Part shown: positions 51,029 to 59,762 of the stretch, one piece after another
Layout: each line of letters opens with the position of its first letter
How positions within the stretch are numbered: the stretch's first letter is position 1
DNA from: a virus
Lineage: Duplodnaviria > Caudoviricetes
Length of the DNA stretch: 64,000 bases
Direction: 5' to 3' (one strand)
Virus record (IMG/VR): IMGVR_UViG_3300009183_000045
Made by a program: the position numbers and the translations under genes
The notes under the pieces: generated by a model
Told to the model about the DNA's origin: nothing
Databases searched by the model: none
What the model saw: only the letters and a program-made list of their open reading frames with translations

Positions 51029-51358
51029 ATGAATAAACCAATAATTGAAGTTCGTAGGATCATAGATTTTATAAATCTTATAGAATATCTAGCATTTGTT
51101 GAAGGAAAGAAATTTGAATTACCATATCCAGATGCACCAGGCAAAGAAAGATCTAAGTGGGCAGATGATATATGGGGTGCCTTTACAGATGAAAGAAGTT
51201 ATTTCCAAGAAGGCAACATTGTTGCTTATTGTGTAGAAGACTGTATGGATTATTTTGATGAAAAACATTATTCCTTAATTAACGAATTTAATGAATTGTT
51301 TTTAAAACATTTTGAGATTAATACAGATGAGACAGTTCTGTTCAAATTTGATTGGTAA
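51029..51358 (+). CDS. Hypothetical protein
   Basis: ORF in operon. Confidence 0.6.
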   Translation: MNKPIIEVRRIIDFINLIEYLAFVEGKKFELPYPDAPGKERSKWADDIWGAFTDERSYFQEGNIVAYCVEDCMDYFDEKHYSLINEFNELFLKHFEINTDETVLFKFDW

Positions 51359-51377
51359 TCAGAAAATCCCCGGGAGG

Positions 51378-51400
51378 TTCCCAGCAACTTAACCTAATAT
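51378..51400 (+). promoter_or_regulatory. TTCCC-N12-TAATAT promoter
   Basis: 9 nt before ATG 51410. Confidence 0.7.
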
Positions 51401-51409
51401 AAAAGAATA

Positions 51410-51598
51410 ATGAACCGAGAAACCAAAACTGTAGTACTTAACCTGTTAGACGAACTGTATGAGAAGCGAGGAAATGTTTCCTTAACCCGAACTATGGAAG
51501 ATCTAAGTGCAGCTGAAATTCGAGTTCTCGAGGGAGAATTTGATGCTTATTTTAAACGCACAGTTAGTAAAATCGAAAATTACATTAGCCAAGAATAA
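51410..51598 (+). CDS. Hypothetical protein
   Basis: TTCCC promoter upstream. Confidence 0.6.
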   Translation: MNRETKTVVLNLLDELYEKRGNVSLTRTMEDLSAAEIRVLEGEFDAYFKRTVSKIENYISQE

Positions 51599-51599
51599 T

Positions 51600-51797
51600 A
51601 TGATTGTTAATAAGCGCTCTATGGTGTCTGGTATTGTTCATTCCAAAGAATTGCCAGTTACGGAAGAACAAGTAAAACGTTGGGAATCTGGAGAATTGAT
51701 CCATAATGCGTTTCCGGATTTATCTGCAGATGATAGGGAATTTCTTTTGACTGGAATTGTTGGAGATGAATGGAGTGTTCTCTACCCTGAAGATTAA
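51600..51797 (+). CDS. Conserved small phage protein
   Basis: VTEEQVKRWESGELIHNAFPDLSADDREFLLTGI looks like a family recurrent in large phages (recalled, not searched). Confidence 0.65.
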   Translation: MIVNKRSMVSGIVHSKELPVTEEQVKRWESGELIHNAFPDLSADDREFLLTGIVGDEWSVLYPED

Positions 51798-51872
51798 TAA
51801 ATTATATGAATGTGTTTAATATTATTTCAGTTGTTGTAGCAGTAATAACATTAGGGTACCTCGTTTCTAGTA

Positions 51873-52112
51873 ATGATGAATAAATTTATGATTCCAGATG
51901 TATTTAAGGAAAACCAAAATAGCATTAAAGATTCTCTTCATTCCATAAATGCCAAAGTCAATAAAATTATTCGTTTGATTGATTCAGATTCCCTTATTGA
52001 TTACAAAGAACTTAATGATATTCGTATACTAACTGCTATTATAGAACGCCTGGATAGAAAAACATTTTTGCCAGATGAAACATTCCGCTCTGAAATTAAA
52101 AATTCGGCTTGA
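51873..52112 (+). CDS. Hypothetical protein
   Basis: ORF in co-oriented array. Confidence 0.45.
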   Translation: MMNKFMIPDVFKENQNSIKDSLHSINAKVNKIIRLIDSDSLIDYKELNDIRILTAIIERLDRKTFLPDETFRSEIKNSA

Positions 52113-52311
52113 AGATCTTCAAGATGAATTAGATTGGGAAACTAATCAATTGGAGAACCTTCTCCTCAAAAAGGAAAAAGTATTGTCAGATATTAATATT
52201 GTTTTAGATTACAGAGACAATATTAAAAGAGGTATAGAAGAAATTACTTCTAAAATAACAAATTCAGGGTGTAATTTTGGTTTAATTGATTTAAAATATA
52301 AAAAAATATGA
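52075..52311 (+). CDS. Hypothetical coiled-coil protein
   Basis: ORF in co-oriented array. Confidence 0.5.
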   Translation: MKHSALKLKIRLEDLQDELDWETNQLENLLLKKEKVLSDINIVLDYRDNIKRGIEEITSKITNSGCNFGLIDLKYKKI

Positions 52312-52544
52312 GCACAATTCTTGTAGTGAGTAACCAAGTAGTCAGCAACAATTCTAAAATTAATTGGCCAGATTTAAATTATCCAGGATCTGGCCAGACA
52401 ATCCTTCGCACCCTTCATCGCATTGATTACGAAACTCATTCAATGCAATTAGATGATAGCAATGGACCAATCTTTAATATTGATACCCTCCCTCTTGGAG
52501 TTGGTTTTTATAAACAACTAACTTCTTTCCTCCAGGATGTATAA
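52308..52544 (+). CDS. Hypothetical protein
   Basis: ATGA overlap. Confidence 0.5.
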   Translation: MSTILVVSNQVVSNNSKINWPDLNYPGSGQTILRTLHRIDYETHSMQLDDSNGPIFNIDTLPLGVGFYKQLTSFLQDV

Positions 52545-52674
52545 CCGCTTTGATATTAATCCAGCATTTTTAAAAGAGAATCCTTGGTGGCGCCGATATA
52601 CAGATCTCTTTTTTATATGGATGGTTGTTTTTGTTGTGCATCTTATGGGATTGGTTATCCTTTTGATTAATTAA
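52537..52674 (+). CDS. 45-aa membrane protein
   Basis: Read by hand; hydrophobic C-terminal segment. Confidence 0.45.
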   Translation: MYNRFDINPAFLKENPWWRRYTDLFFIWMVVFVVHLMGLVILLIN

Positions 52675-52676
52675 TT

Positions 52677-52847
52677 ATGAGACAAACTATTTTTCAAAAA
52701 AGTGATTATAGAATGTTGGAAGCCACAGTTGCTAAGTGTATAGAAACAATAAACAAAGTATCAGAGGACAAAAACAATTACAACATTTCTCGTAAAGAAG
52801 CTTTAGAATATCTCATCAAAAGCCTCACCGTTGAAATTAATTTATGA
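52677..52847 (+). CDS. 56-aa hypothetical protein
   Basis: Read by hand; ATGA overlap with the next gene. Confidence 0.45.
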   Translation: MRQTIFQKSDYRMLEATVAKCIETINKVSEDKNNYNISRKEALEYLIKSLTVEINL

Positions 52848-53374
52848 AACAAACACCAGACACAGTTATTGAACAATATAAAAAGAGCCTCAATCAGCAA
52901 CTCGTTACCAAATCAACACTTATAAGATCCGCAGATATACGAATAGAAGCATTAAAAAGAGAACAAAACGAACTCAAGGAAGCTCAAAATGTAATCAATA
53001 TTAAATTAGATGTTTTAAGAGAACTCTCTAATAGATTGAAACAATCCTCCTTACCGGAAATTACAGATCACTATACCGGATCTGTTTCTTGGAGTCAGAA
53101 ACCCCTGTCTCCTGAAGAAGCACAGATGTTAACTCCGGTATATCCAGATGCCCGTTGTTTTCTTCCGAGTCTCGGCACGGAAAGTGTTAAAGCACTTACT
53201 CCAGAGCATCTTTCTGGTATGAAAGATCATTGTCCGCCACTTTGGCCTCAAGACTTTGGAGATCCAGTACTCCACACTCTCACATCTGATCTGTTTAAAT
53301 CTGTCAAAAAGGTTTCACCTCCAGGGTCGTCTTGGATTTCTGCCCCTCTAAATCCACATGAATCCAGAAAATGA
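52844..53374 (+). CDS. Hypothetical protein with N-terminal coiled coil
   Basis: ORF. Confidence 0.55.
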   Translation: MKQTPDTVIEQYKKSLNQQLVTKSTLIRSADIRIEALKREQNELKEAQNVINIKLDVLRELSNRLKQSSLPEITDHYTGSVSWSQKPLSPEEAQMLTPVYPDARCFLPSLGTESVKALTPEHLSGMKDHCPPLWPQDFGDPVLHTLTSDLFKSVKKVSPPGSSWISAPLNPHESRK

Positions 53375-53594
53375 TCTAGTTAAAAAACCACAATTAAAGA
53401 AGCGTCCTCTTTTTATTTTAATAGTTATATTAATTATATTTTTTGGTTTAATTATTCGGTGTGTAATGGATTTATGGAACACCACTCTTCCAGAACTTTT
53501 AGGACTTAAAGAGATAACCTATTTTCAGACATTTAGATTAGTTGTTTTATCACATCTTTTGTTTGGATCCTCTCAGTTATGGAAATCTAAATAA
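53358..53594 (+). CDS. Membrane protein
   Basis: Hydrophobic helix, then WNTTLPELLGLKEITYFQTFRL. Confidence 0.6.
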   Translation: MNPENDLVKKPQLKKRPLFILIVILIIFFGLIIRCVMDLWNTTLPELLGLKEITYFQTFRLVVLSHLLFGSSQLWKSK

Positions 53595-53617
53595 TCTATA
53601 ATCAATAACTTAATTAG

Positions 53618-53652
53618 ACACTCTAACACTTTGTTTGTTAGAGTGTTTTTTT
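53618..53652 (+). terminator. Intrinsic terminator
   Basis: acactctaaca-N7-tgttagagtgt followed by a T tract. Confidence 0.85.
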
Positions 53653-53687
53653 TTGTTATTTGATTCCCTTTAAGAATAAGTTTTGGT

Positions 53688-54629
53688 ATGAATATAATGG
53701 TGACCGGAGGTTGTGGCTTTATAGGAAGCAATTTTATCAATTTAATAGCAAATAAGCCAGAAGTTAATCACATAATTAATATAGATTTAATGACATATGC
53801 AGCAGATAAAAACAATGTCGAAGCTAATGAAAAGATTAAACATTTTGATATTAATATAACAGACTCCACAGCAATGGCTGCTTTCTTAGTAAATTATAAC
53901 ATAACACATATTGTGCATTTTGCGGCAGAGAGTCATGTAGATAATAGTATAAAATCTCCTAAGGAATTTATAAGAACCAATGTGGTTGGAACTTTTTCTT
54001 TATTAGAAGCTGCTAGGTTTCATAAAAATTTAAAGAGATTTCATCATGTCTCCACAGATGAAGTTTATGGTTCTTTGGGTGAGTTTGGTTATTTTTCAGA
54101 AACAACTCCGTATGATCCGAGGTCTCCTTATTCTGCTTCTAAAGCATCTAGTGATCACTTGGTCAATGCTTATCATCATACCTATAAATTACCAACCACT
54201 ATATCCAATTGTTCAAACAATTACGGCCCTTGCCAACATAAAGAAAAATTAATTCCTAAAATTATTCAAAATATTAAGAAAGGTATCAAGGTTCCTGTTT
54301 ATGGCAATGGACAGAATATTAGAGATTGGTTATATGTTTCTGATCATTGTGAAGCCATATGGGAAATCTTACTAAATGGATTGGAGGGTAACACCTATAA
54401 TGTCGGAGGTGACTGTGAAAGAAATAATATTCAAATTCTTACAGAGATATGTAATCTAATGGAAGTTAATGTATCAGATGTAATAGAATTTGTAGAAGAT
54501 CGCAAGGGTCATGATTTTCGATATGCTATAGATTTCAGCAAGATTAAAAATGAATTGGGATGGACTCCTAAAACTAATTTTATTGAAGGATTAAAAAAGA
54601 CTATAGAATTTTACACTATTGAAAAATAA
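53688..54629 (+). CDS. rmlB: dTDP-glucose 4,6-dehydratase
   Basis: TGGCGFIGSN, HFAAESHVD, VSTDEVYG, YSASK, NCSNNYGP. Confidence 0.95.
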   Translation: MNIMVTGGCGFIGSNFINLIANKPEVNHIINIDLMTYAADKNNVEANEKIKHFDINITDSTAMAAFLVNYNITHIVHFAAESHVDNSIKSPKEFIRTNVVGTFSLLEAARFHKNLKRFHHVSTDEVYGSLGEFGYFSETTPYDPRSPYSASKASSDHLVNAYHHTYKLPTTISNCSNNYGPCQHKEKLIPKIIQNIKKGIKVPVYGNGQNIRDWLYVSDHCEAIWEILLNGLEGNTYNVGGDCERNNIQILTEICNLMEVNVSDVIEFVEDRKGHDFRYAIDFSKIKNELGWTPKTNFIEGLKKTIEFYTIEK

Positions 54630-54683
54630 TTAACAATTCTTTTCATTTTTCTTTAAGACACTTCCTAAATTTGGAGTTAAAAA

Positions 54684-55988
54684 TCAATTTCGTCCTACTC
54701 CGTAATATTCAAACCCAATATTCTTCATAGTGGGTGGATCTAAAAGATTTCGTCCATCAAAAAGAAGTGGAGTGTGCATAATAGATTTTATTTTATAAAA
54801 ATCTTGTTTTGCAAATTCTTTCCATTCAGTTGCTATTAATAACGCCTCAGCACCTATTACGGCTTCCACAGCGGAGTCTGCTAGTCTAACAAGAGGATTC
54901 AATAATTTATATTCAATAACATTTTGCATTCCTTTAGGATCATAAGCAGTCACTATGGCACCTTCTTCTGTTAATCTGTTAATAAGCTGTATTGCAACAG
55001 AGTTGCGCACATCATCTGTATCTGGCTTAAATGTTAAACCCCACACAGCGATAGGTTTATTCTTTAAAACCCATAGAGAGTCTTTAATTTTTTTTATAAA
55101 TCTTTCTAATTGATTTGAATTTATTTGTTCTACTTCTTTAAGAAGGTTAAAAGGAGTTCCTAATTCTTCTGCAATAGCAATAAATGCCTTTACATCTTTA
55201 GGAAAACAAGAACCTCCGTAACCTAGTCCAGCATTTAAAAAGTTTCTGCCTATGCGTTTGTCTGCACCCATTCCATCTGCCACCTTTTCTATATCAGCCC
55301 CACTGGCTTCGCATACAGCTGCAACAGCGTTAATGTAAGAGATCTTAAGAGATAAAAAAGAATTGGCTGCATGTTTAATTAATTCAGCAGAATTTGTATC
55401 TGTTACTATAATAGGTGCATTAAAGGGTTTGTACAACTCCTTCATAAATCCTATAGCAGTAGAGGAAGAAGATCCTATAACTATTCGATCTGGATTCATT
55501 AAATCTTCTATAGCACATCCTTCTCTAAGAAATTCCGGATTAGACACTACATCTATATCAGCTTCTTTGTTATATCTAAGAATAGTATCTTTAACCCTAT
55601 CTCCAGTCTTTACCGGAACAGTAGACTTATCTACAATTACTCTATATTTTCTAGGTTCTATTACTCCTGCAATTTCTCTAGACACTTGTTCGATGTAGGT
55701 TAGATCCACTCCACCATCAGCCTGAGGAGGAGTCGGCACTGCTATGAATATTATTAAACTATCAGCTATTCCCTTTTCTAGAGAATCAGTAAAACTTAGG
55801 CGATGATTTAATACATTCTTTTTAACAAGTTCTTCCAAACCAGGCTCATATATTGGAATCTCTCCTTGCTGTAACATCTTTATTTTTTTCTTATTAGTAT
55901 CTACACACACCACATGATGTCCCTTTTCAGCAAAGCAAGCACCTGATACAAGACCCACATAACCAGTCCCTATAATACAAATATTCAT
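54684..55988 (-). CDS. ugd: UDP-glucose/GDP-mannose 6-dehydrogenase
   Basis: IGTGYVGL, KSTVPV, SNPEFLREG, GYGGSCFPKD, FKPDTDDVR. Confidence 0.95.
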   Translation of the reverse strand: MNICIIGTGYVGLVSGACFAEKGHHVVCVDTNKKKIKMLQQGEIPIYEPGLEELVKKNVLNHRLSFTDSLEKGIADSLIIFIAVPTPPQADGGVDLTYIEQVSREIAGVIEPRKYRVIVDKSTVPVKTGDRVKDTILRYNKEADIDVVSNPEFLREGCAIEDLMNPDRIVIGSSSSTAIGFMKELYKPFNAPIIVTDTNSAELIKHAANSFLSLKISYINAVAAVCEASGADIEKVADGMGADKRIGRNFLNAGLGYGGSCFPKDVKAFIAIAEELGTPFNLLKEVEQINSNQLERFIKKIKDSLWVLKNKPIAVWGLTFKPDTDDVRNSVAIQLINRLTEEGAIVTAYDPKGMQNVIEYKLLNPLVRLADSAVEAVIGAEALLIATEWKEFAKQDFYKIKSIMHTPLLFDGRNLLDPPTMKNIGFEYYGVGRN

Positions 55989-56008
55989 GATGATATTTAT
56001 TCGTGAAG

Positions 56009-56031
56009 TTCCCCGCAGCTTCCTCTAATAT
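56009..56031 (+). promoter_or_regulatory. TTCCC-N12-TAATAT promoter
   Basis: 6 nt before ATG 56038. Confidence 0.7.
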
Positions 56032-56037
56032 TATTAC

Positions 56038-56304
56038 ATGATGAAAAAGAACAAGAGAGTGGAAGCAGTTAAGGAAGCCCTTCGCCAACCCTTCACATGG
56101 CCTGGAGCTTATCCCAAGACCTTCCAGTCTTATGACGGATGTCTCTGTGCTGATTGTGTCCGTGGTAATTTCAGAGCTGTGGTGAATGATACTAAGATGA
56201 ATGCAGGTCCCTGGAATCTTAGAGTAGATGTCCTGTGGGAAGGTGAAGCATGGTGTGCTGATTGTGGAGAAGAAATTGAAACTGCTTATGGAACCCAAGA
56301 CTGA
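56038..56304 (+). CDS. Cys-containing hypothetical protein
   Basis: FTWPGAYP, CLCADC, WCADC. Confidence 0.65.
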   Translation: MMKKNKRVEAVKEALRQPFTWPGAYPKTFQSYDGCLCADCVRGNFRAVVNDTKMNAGPWNLRVDVLWEGEAWCADCGEEIETAYGTQD

Positions 56305-56446
56305 AGACGAGATCGAAAGATGGGTAGAGATGATGATAGATCGAGTGGATATGAAATATTCAGTTGGTCGCCTCTCTACAGAAGAGTATAATAAAGAAGT
56401 AAAAAAAATTAGTGAACAAGCAGACAAGTATTATGATAACCTCTAA
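56288..56446 (+). CDS. Hypothetical protein
   Basis: ORF from ATG 56288. Confidence 0.5.
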   Translation: MEPKTEDEIERWVEMMIDRVDMKYSVGRLSTEEYNKEVKKISEQADKYYDNL

Positions 56447-56474
56447 AGATCTGAGAACTAATCGCAAAGTTGGA

Positions 56475-57086
56475 ATGAATCGCCAAGGTCTTTCTTCCTC
56501 TCCCTTTTTCGCTATTCGTAAAAATAAAGTTTGCTGGCCCACCTATCGCAAAGCTTATATGACAGATGAGAATGTTTCGATTCTTAAGAAATATGTAACC
56601 GGTAAAGGACGCTCAATTGTGTTTTTGGACGGAACGTATGAGACTAAATTAAATAGGTATGTAAGAAAAGATCCTGTAGAAAGGGCTTGCTTCTTTGAAT
56701 TTATGCTACGAAAGAAAGGTGTCAAAGGAGCCATCCAAACATTGGTGTGGTTAGGAAATTTCCATAATGGAAATATAATTCATTTCGGTCCTCAATTTTC
56801 ACAAATGCAATGCTGGGTTGAAGCCTTGGGATATGAAAGAGCAATGTTATTTTTTGAAGAGGGTTGTTTCAACATATATAAAGAAATTGCTAATATCCTA
56901 TATAGTGGCAACATCCTAGATGAAGAAGTAAAAGAGTTTATAGAGAATGGCGACGAATTTCTGCAGAGAGCTGCCGTGGTAGATCCAGTAGTTTCTACTA
57001 AGAAAATTGCGCAGAAACGCGCCGTAAACAAGCTCAACGCTCGTCCAGTGGTCAGGAGACCTCTCGAGCTAGAAACCGCAGCATAA
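56475..57086 (+). CDS. Hypothetical protein
   Basis: 203-aa ORF from ATG 56475. Confidence 0.6.
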   Translation: MNRQGLSSSPFFAIRKNKVCWPTYRKAYMTDENVSILKKYVTGKGRSIVFLDGTYETKLNRYVRKDPVERACFFEFMLRKKGVKGAIQTLVWLGNFHNGNIIHFGPQFSQMQCWVEALGYERAMLFFEEGCFNIYKEIANILYSGNILDEEVKEFIENGDEFLQRAAVVDPVVSTKKIAQKRAVNKLNARPVVRRPLELETAA

Positions 57087-57100
57087 CATTTTAAGTGACC

Positions 57101-57123
57101 TTCCCCTCAAAAACCAACATAAT
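57101..57123 (+). promoter_or_regulatory. TTCCC-N12-CATAAT promoter
   Basis: 7 nt before ATG 57131. Confidence 0.6.
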
Positions 57124-57130
57124 AAACACA

Positions 57131-57355
57131 ATGAAATACATCATCAATACAAACACCGCAGGTCGTCCTAACCACAACCCCTCTCTGGCTCTTGCTATGA
57201 AAGCCCTCCAACCCGGACAGCATTTCTTTGCCAGTGTAAGTGATCAGATTTCCGTACACAGCTTTAAACGTTCTCTTACCAAGGTCTTTACCACCAAGAC
57301 AGTTAAGAACGGAAAGAGCCGCCGACTGAAAGTTACCTGCACCGCATCTTACTAA
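57131..57355 (+). CDS. Small basic protein
   Basis: ATG 7 nt after a TTCCC promoter. Confidence 0.6.
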   Translation: MKYIINTNTAGRPNHNPSLALAMKALQPGQHFFASVSDQISVHSFKRSLTKVFTTKTVKNGKSRRLKVTCTASY

Positions 57356-57356
57356 T

Positions 57357-57524
57357 ATGATTCAATTAAACCTAACCATTGAAGAAGTCAATGCAATCTT
57401 AACGGTTCTTGGACAGATCCCAACCAACAGTGGAGTATACCCTTTGTTGATGAAAATTAAAGAACAAGGAGAAGCACAGGTTCCACCAGAACCCCAGTCC
57501 AGTCCAGTAGTTGTTGAAGGTTAA
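57357..57524 (+). CDS. 55-aa protein missed by the ORF track
   Basis: MIQLNLTIEEVNAILTVLGQIP...; ends just before a terminator. Confidence 0.6.
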   Translation: MIQLNLTIEEVNAILTVLGQIPTNSGVYPLLMKIKEQGEAQVPPEPQSSPVVVEG

Positions 57525-57540
57525 ATTACTTTATCCTTCT

Positions 57541-57584
57541 AAAACTAGAAAGTCAATATTTCGTTGGCTTTCTAGTTTTTTTAT
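57541..57584 (+). terminator. Intrinsic terminator
   Basis: aaaactagaaagtcaa-N7-ttggctttctagtttt followed by a T tract. Confidence 0.85.
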
Positions 57585-57608
57585 TTTTATAACACAAACC
57601 ATTAAAAT

Positions 57609-57809
57609 ATGAGTCTTAAAAACAATTCAACAGACAAATCAGATCCTTGGCCGGATGATTACAAAGCCCTTCAGAAGCTTCTAGATAAAATGACTAAAGA
57701 ATCAGAAGAGAAAGATCCTTATCATACAGTAGAGACTGCTTCCCTTATATTAGATGAAATACTATTAGAGGACATATTGAAAACCCACACTGTCAAACTC
57801 CTAGATTAA
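57609..57809 (+). CDS. Hypothetical protein
   Basis: ORF. Confidence 0.5.
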   Translation: MSLKNNSTDKSDPWPDDYKALQKLLDKMTKESEEKDPYHTVETASLILDEILLEDILKTHTVKLLD

Positions 57810-57862
57810 AAATATATTCATTTGTAAGAGAATTTTTAGAAACTTTAAAGTATAATATTCAT

Positions 57863-58045
57863 ATGACAGACCATAATAACGAAGCCAAAGTATTTCAATT
57901 GTGCACAGAGCTAGAAGACACAAAGAAGAAAAAGAAACAAGTCGTCGGTGCTTACAACGACGAGATTAAGAGGTTACAGGCAGAGATCAAAGACCTCGTG
58001 AACCCAGAAGAGGCCTTTGATATTCACAACGACGAATTGCCTTAG
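57863..58045 (+). CDS. Small coiled-coil protein
   Basis: TATAAT 6 nt upstream. Confidence 0.6.
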   Translation: MTDHNNEAKVFQLCTELEDTKKKKKQVVGAYNDEIKRLQAEIKDLVNPEEAFDIHNDELP

Positions 58046-58054
58046 AGAGGGAGG

Positions 58055-58077
58055 TTCCCTTCTAGAACCGTTATTAT
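58055..58077 (+). promoter_or_regulatory. TTCCC-N12-TATTAT promoter
   Basis: 11 nt before ATG 58089. Confidence 0.65.
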
Positions 58078-58088
58078 AAGAGAACAAT

Positions 58089-58406
58089 ATGAAACTGATT
58101 ATCTCACTGGCTTGTTTAACCACCCTCGTCATCTTTGCCCCCAGGGATCAGGTAAGTCCTATTATAGAAGAGCAAGTAAAACTCATTCATGTAGGTAGCG
58201 AGGACAAGAAACCAGAAATATCTGTTTTACATTTTCCTTCTCCGGCTTGTACCAGAGACTTCTTGAATTCCCGAGCAATGTCCTCAGAAACATCTCCTGA
58301 CGGAGTGGCCTCGCCTGTCCATTGTACCTCTTGTTCTCTTGGGGTATATTTCCGGGATGAAGACAACCAAATGCATTGTTCTTATTGCAAGCATTTACAA
58401 GATTAA
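58089..58406 (+). CDS. Secreted/anchored protein with two CxxC motifs
   Basis: Signal-like N-terminus; CTSC and CSYC. Confidence 0.55.
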   Translation: MKLIISLACLTTLVIFAPRDQVSPIIEEQVKLIHVGSEDKKPEISVLHFPSPACTRDFLNSRAMSSETSPDGVASPVHCTSCSLGVYFRDEDNQMHCSYCKHLQD

Positions 58407-58408
58407 TT

Positions 58409-58585
58409 ATGACATACATTTTAAACATATACAGAAAAGATTCCCGAACCATGAGCGGAGTTCGCATAGTTAATTCTTTTGAATTCAATCAAAAGAACCT
58501 AAAAACAAAGGCTCGAGAGATTCTATCTCTATATCCTAACTATAAAGAATCAGATGGCTTTATATTTAGAGTTGTTAAAGTTTAA
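58409..58585 (+). CDS. Hypothetical protein
   Basis: ORF from ATG 58409. Confidence 0.5.
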   Translation: MTYILNIYRKDSRTMSGVRIVNSFEFNQKNLKTKAREILSLYPNYKESDGFIFRVVKV

Positions 58586-58606
58586 TCCAAATATATAATA
58601 TATAAT

Positions 58607-59317
58607 ATGAAACCCGCTGCAGACAAAAAACAACAAATAATTGATGCTCTTGAAAAAATTGAAGAACAAAGCAAATACCTTACTATTGCTTTGGAAAAAG
58701 TTTATAAAACCCAAAAGATAGAAGATGAAAGAGAGTTTGTGAGTTCTTGTAATTATTTACAAATGCTTGCAAAACAAGCTTTAAGCATTACAGGTTATTA
58801 TAAACGCCTCTCCGATTTTCCCAGAGACGTTTACGCCCCGGAAGAATTGGAAGGAGATGAAGCAGATCTCACTAAATTGGTGAGTTTTGAATTTACCAAG
58901 ATTGAAAAACAAATAGAAGAAGGTAATAAAACAAATCCTATTAACATTCCAGATATTACAAAAGAAAGGTGGCTTAAAGATATGGAAAGTCACAAAGTAC
59001 AATATAAAAAGACGTTCGAAGAATCTAAAAAATATTACGAGACCGATCCAGACAGTCAATTCTGCATCACTCCAGTGGAAACAAATATTTTTTTAGATGA
59101 AGAGATCATTAATGCCGCTGAAGGATTTATGGTTGGACCAGTTGGAATGTTTAGAAACAAAGGAGTAGAAGCTGGTAGTCAAGTATTTGATAATTTAACT
59201 GAAATGAAAATATTCCTTCTTAATGTGCAATGCAAAACAATGGACATGGTTTTGTATATGACTTATGAATTGGCTGGACAGTATATATTCCGTGGTAAAT
59301 TTGTTAATAAGCCGTGA
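58607..59317 (+). CDS. Hypothetical protein
   Basis: 236-aa ORF. Confidence 0.6.
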   Translation: MKPAADKKQQIIDALEKIEEQSKYLTIALEKVYKTQKIEDEREFVSSCNYLQMLAKQALSITGYYKRLSDFPRDVYAPEELEGDEADLTKLVSFEFTKIEKQIEEGNKTNPINIPDITKERWLKDMESHKVQYKKTFEESKKYYETDPDSQFCITPVETNIFLDEEIINAAEGFMVGPVGMFRNKGVEAGSQVFDNLTEMKIFLLNVQCKTMDMVLYMTYELAGQYIFRGKFVNKP

Positions 59318-59547
59318 GAACGCCAGATCCCATTTTAATCAAGGCTCTTTACATTTTGTCAGAAGACATCCAATCAGAAGATGGAGTAGCTAATGCAGCT
59401 ATTTCAGAAGGAGCTTTGAGATTATCAGAATTGATTAATGGCATTAAAGAAACTCTATATGATAATATGCATTTAGCAGATGGAAATAATTGTACTTTAC
59501 TTAAACTAAAGAAACTTATTAATTTTGAATTTCCAGAAGAATCTTAA
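59314..59547 (+). CDS. Hypothetical protein
   Basis: GTGA overlap. Confidence 0.55.
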   Translation: MRTPDPILIKALYILSEDIQSEDGVANAAISEGALRLSELINGIKETLYDNMHLADGNNCTLLKLKKLINFEFPEES

Positions 59548-59758
59548 AGTGAAACACAAAATCATTAAACGCGATTACACATATTCATGTGGAGATGGAT
59601 GTTGTGATGAATATGGACAAGAATGGTATGTGAATGGAGAGCTTGTACATCGTAGCCCTTGTGAAGATAATGGATGGATGGCTGTGCTCAAGCACTTAGG
59701 AATTGAAGTAGAGATAGTTGGACAAAACGAACAAGGTGAAGATACTTGGTCTTTATAA
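59525..59758 (+). CDS. Hypothetical protein (CGDGCC motif; likely GTG start at 59550)
   Basis: ORF. Confidence 0.55.
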   Translation: MNFQKNLKVKHKIIKRDYTYSCGDGCCDEYGQEWYVNGELVHRSPCEDNGWMAVLKHLGIEVEIVGQNEQGEDTWSL

Positions 59759-59762
59759 TTTT

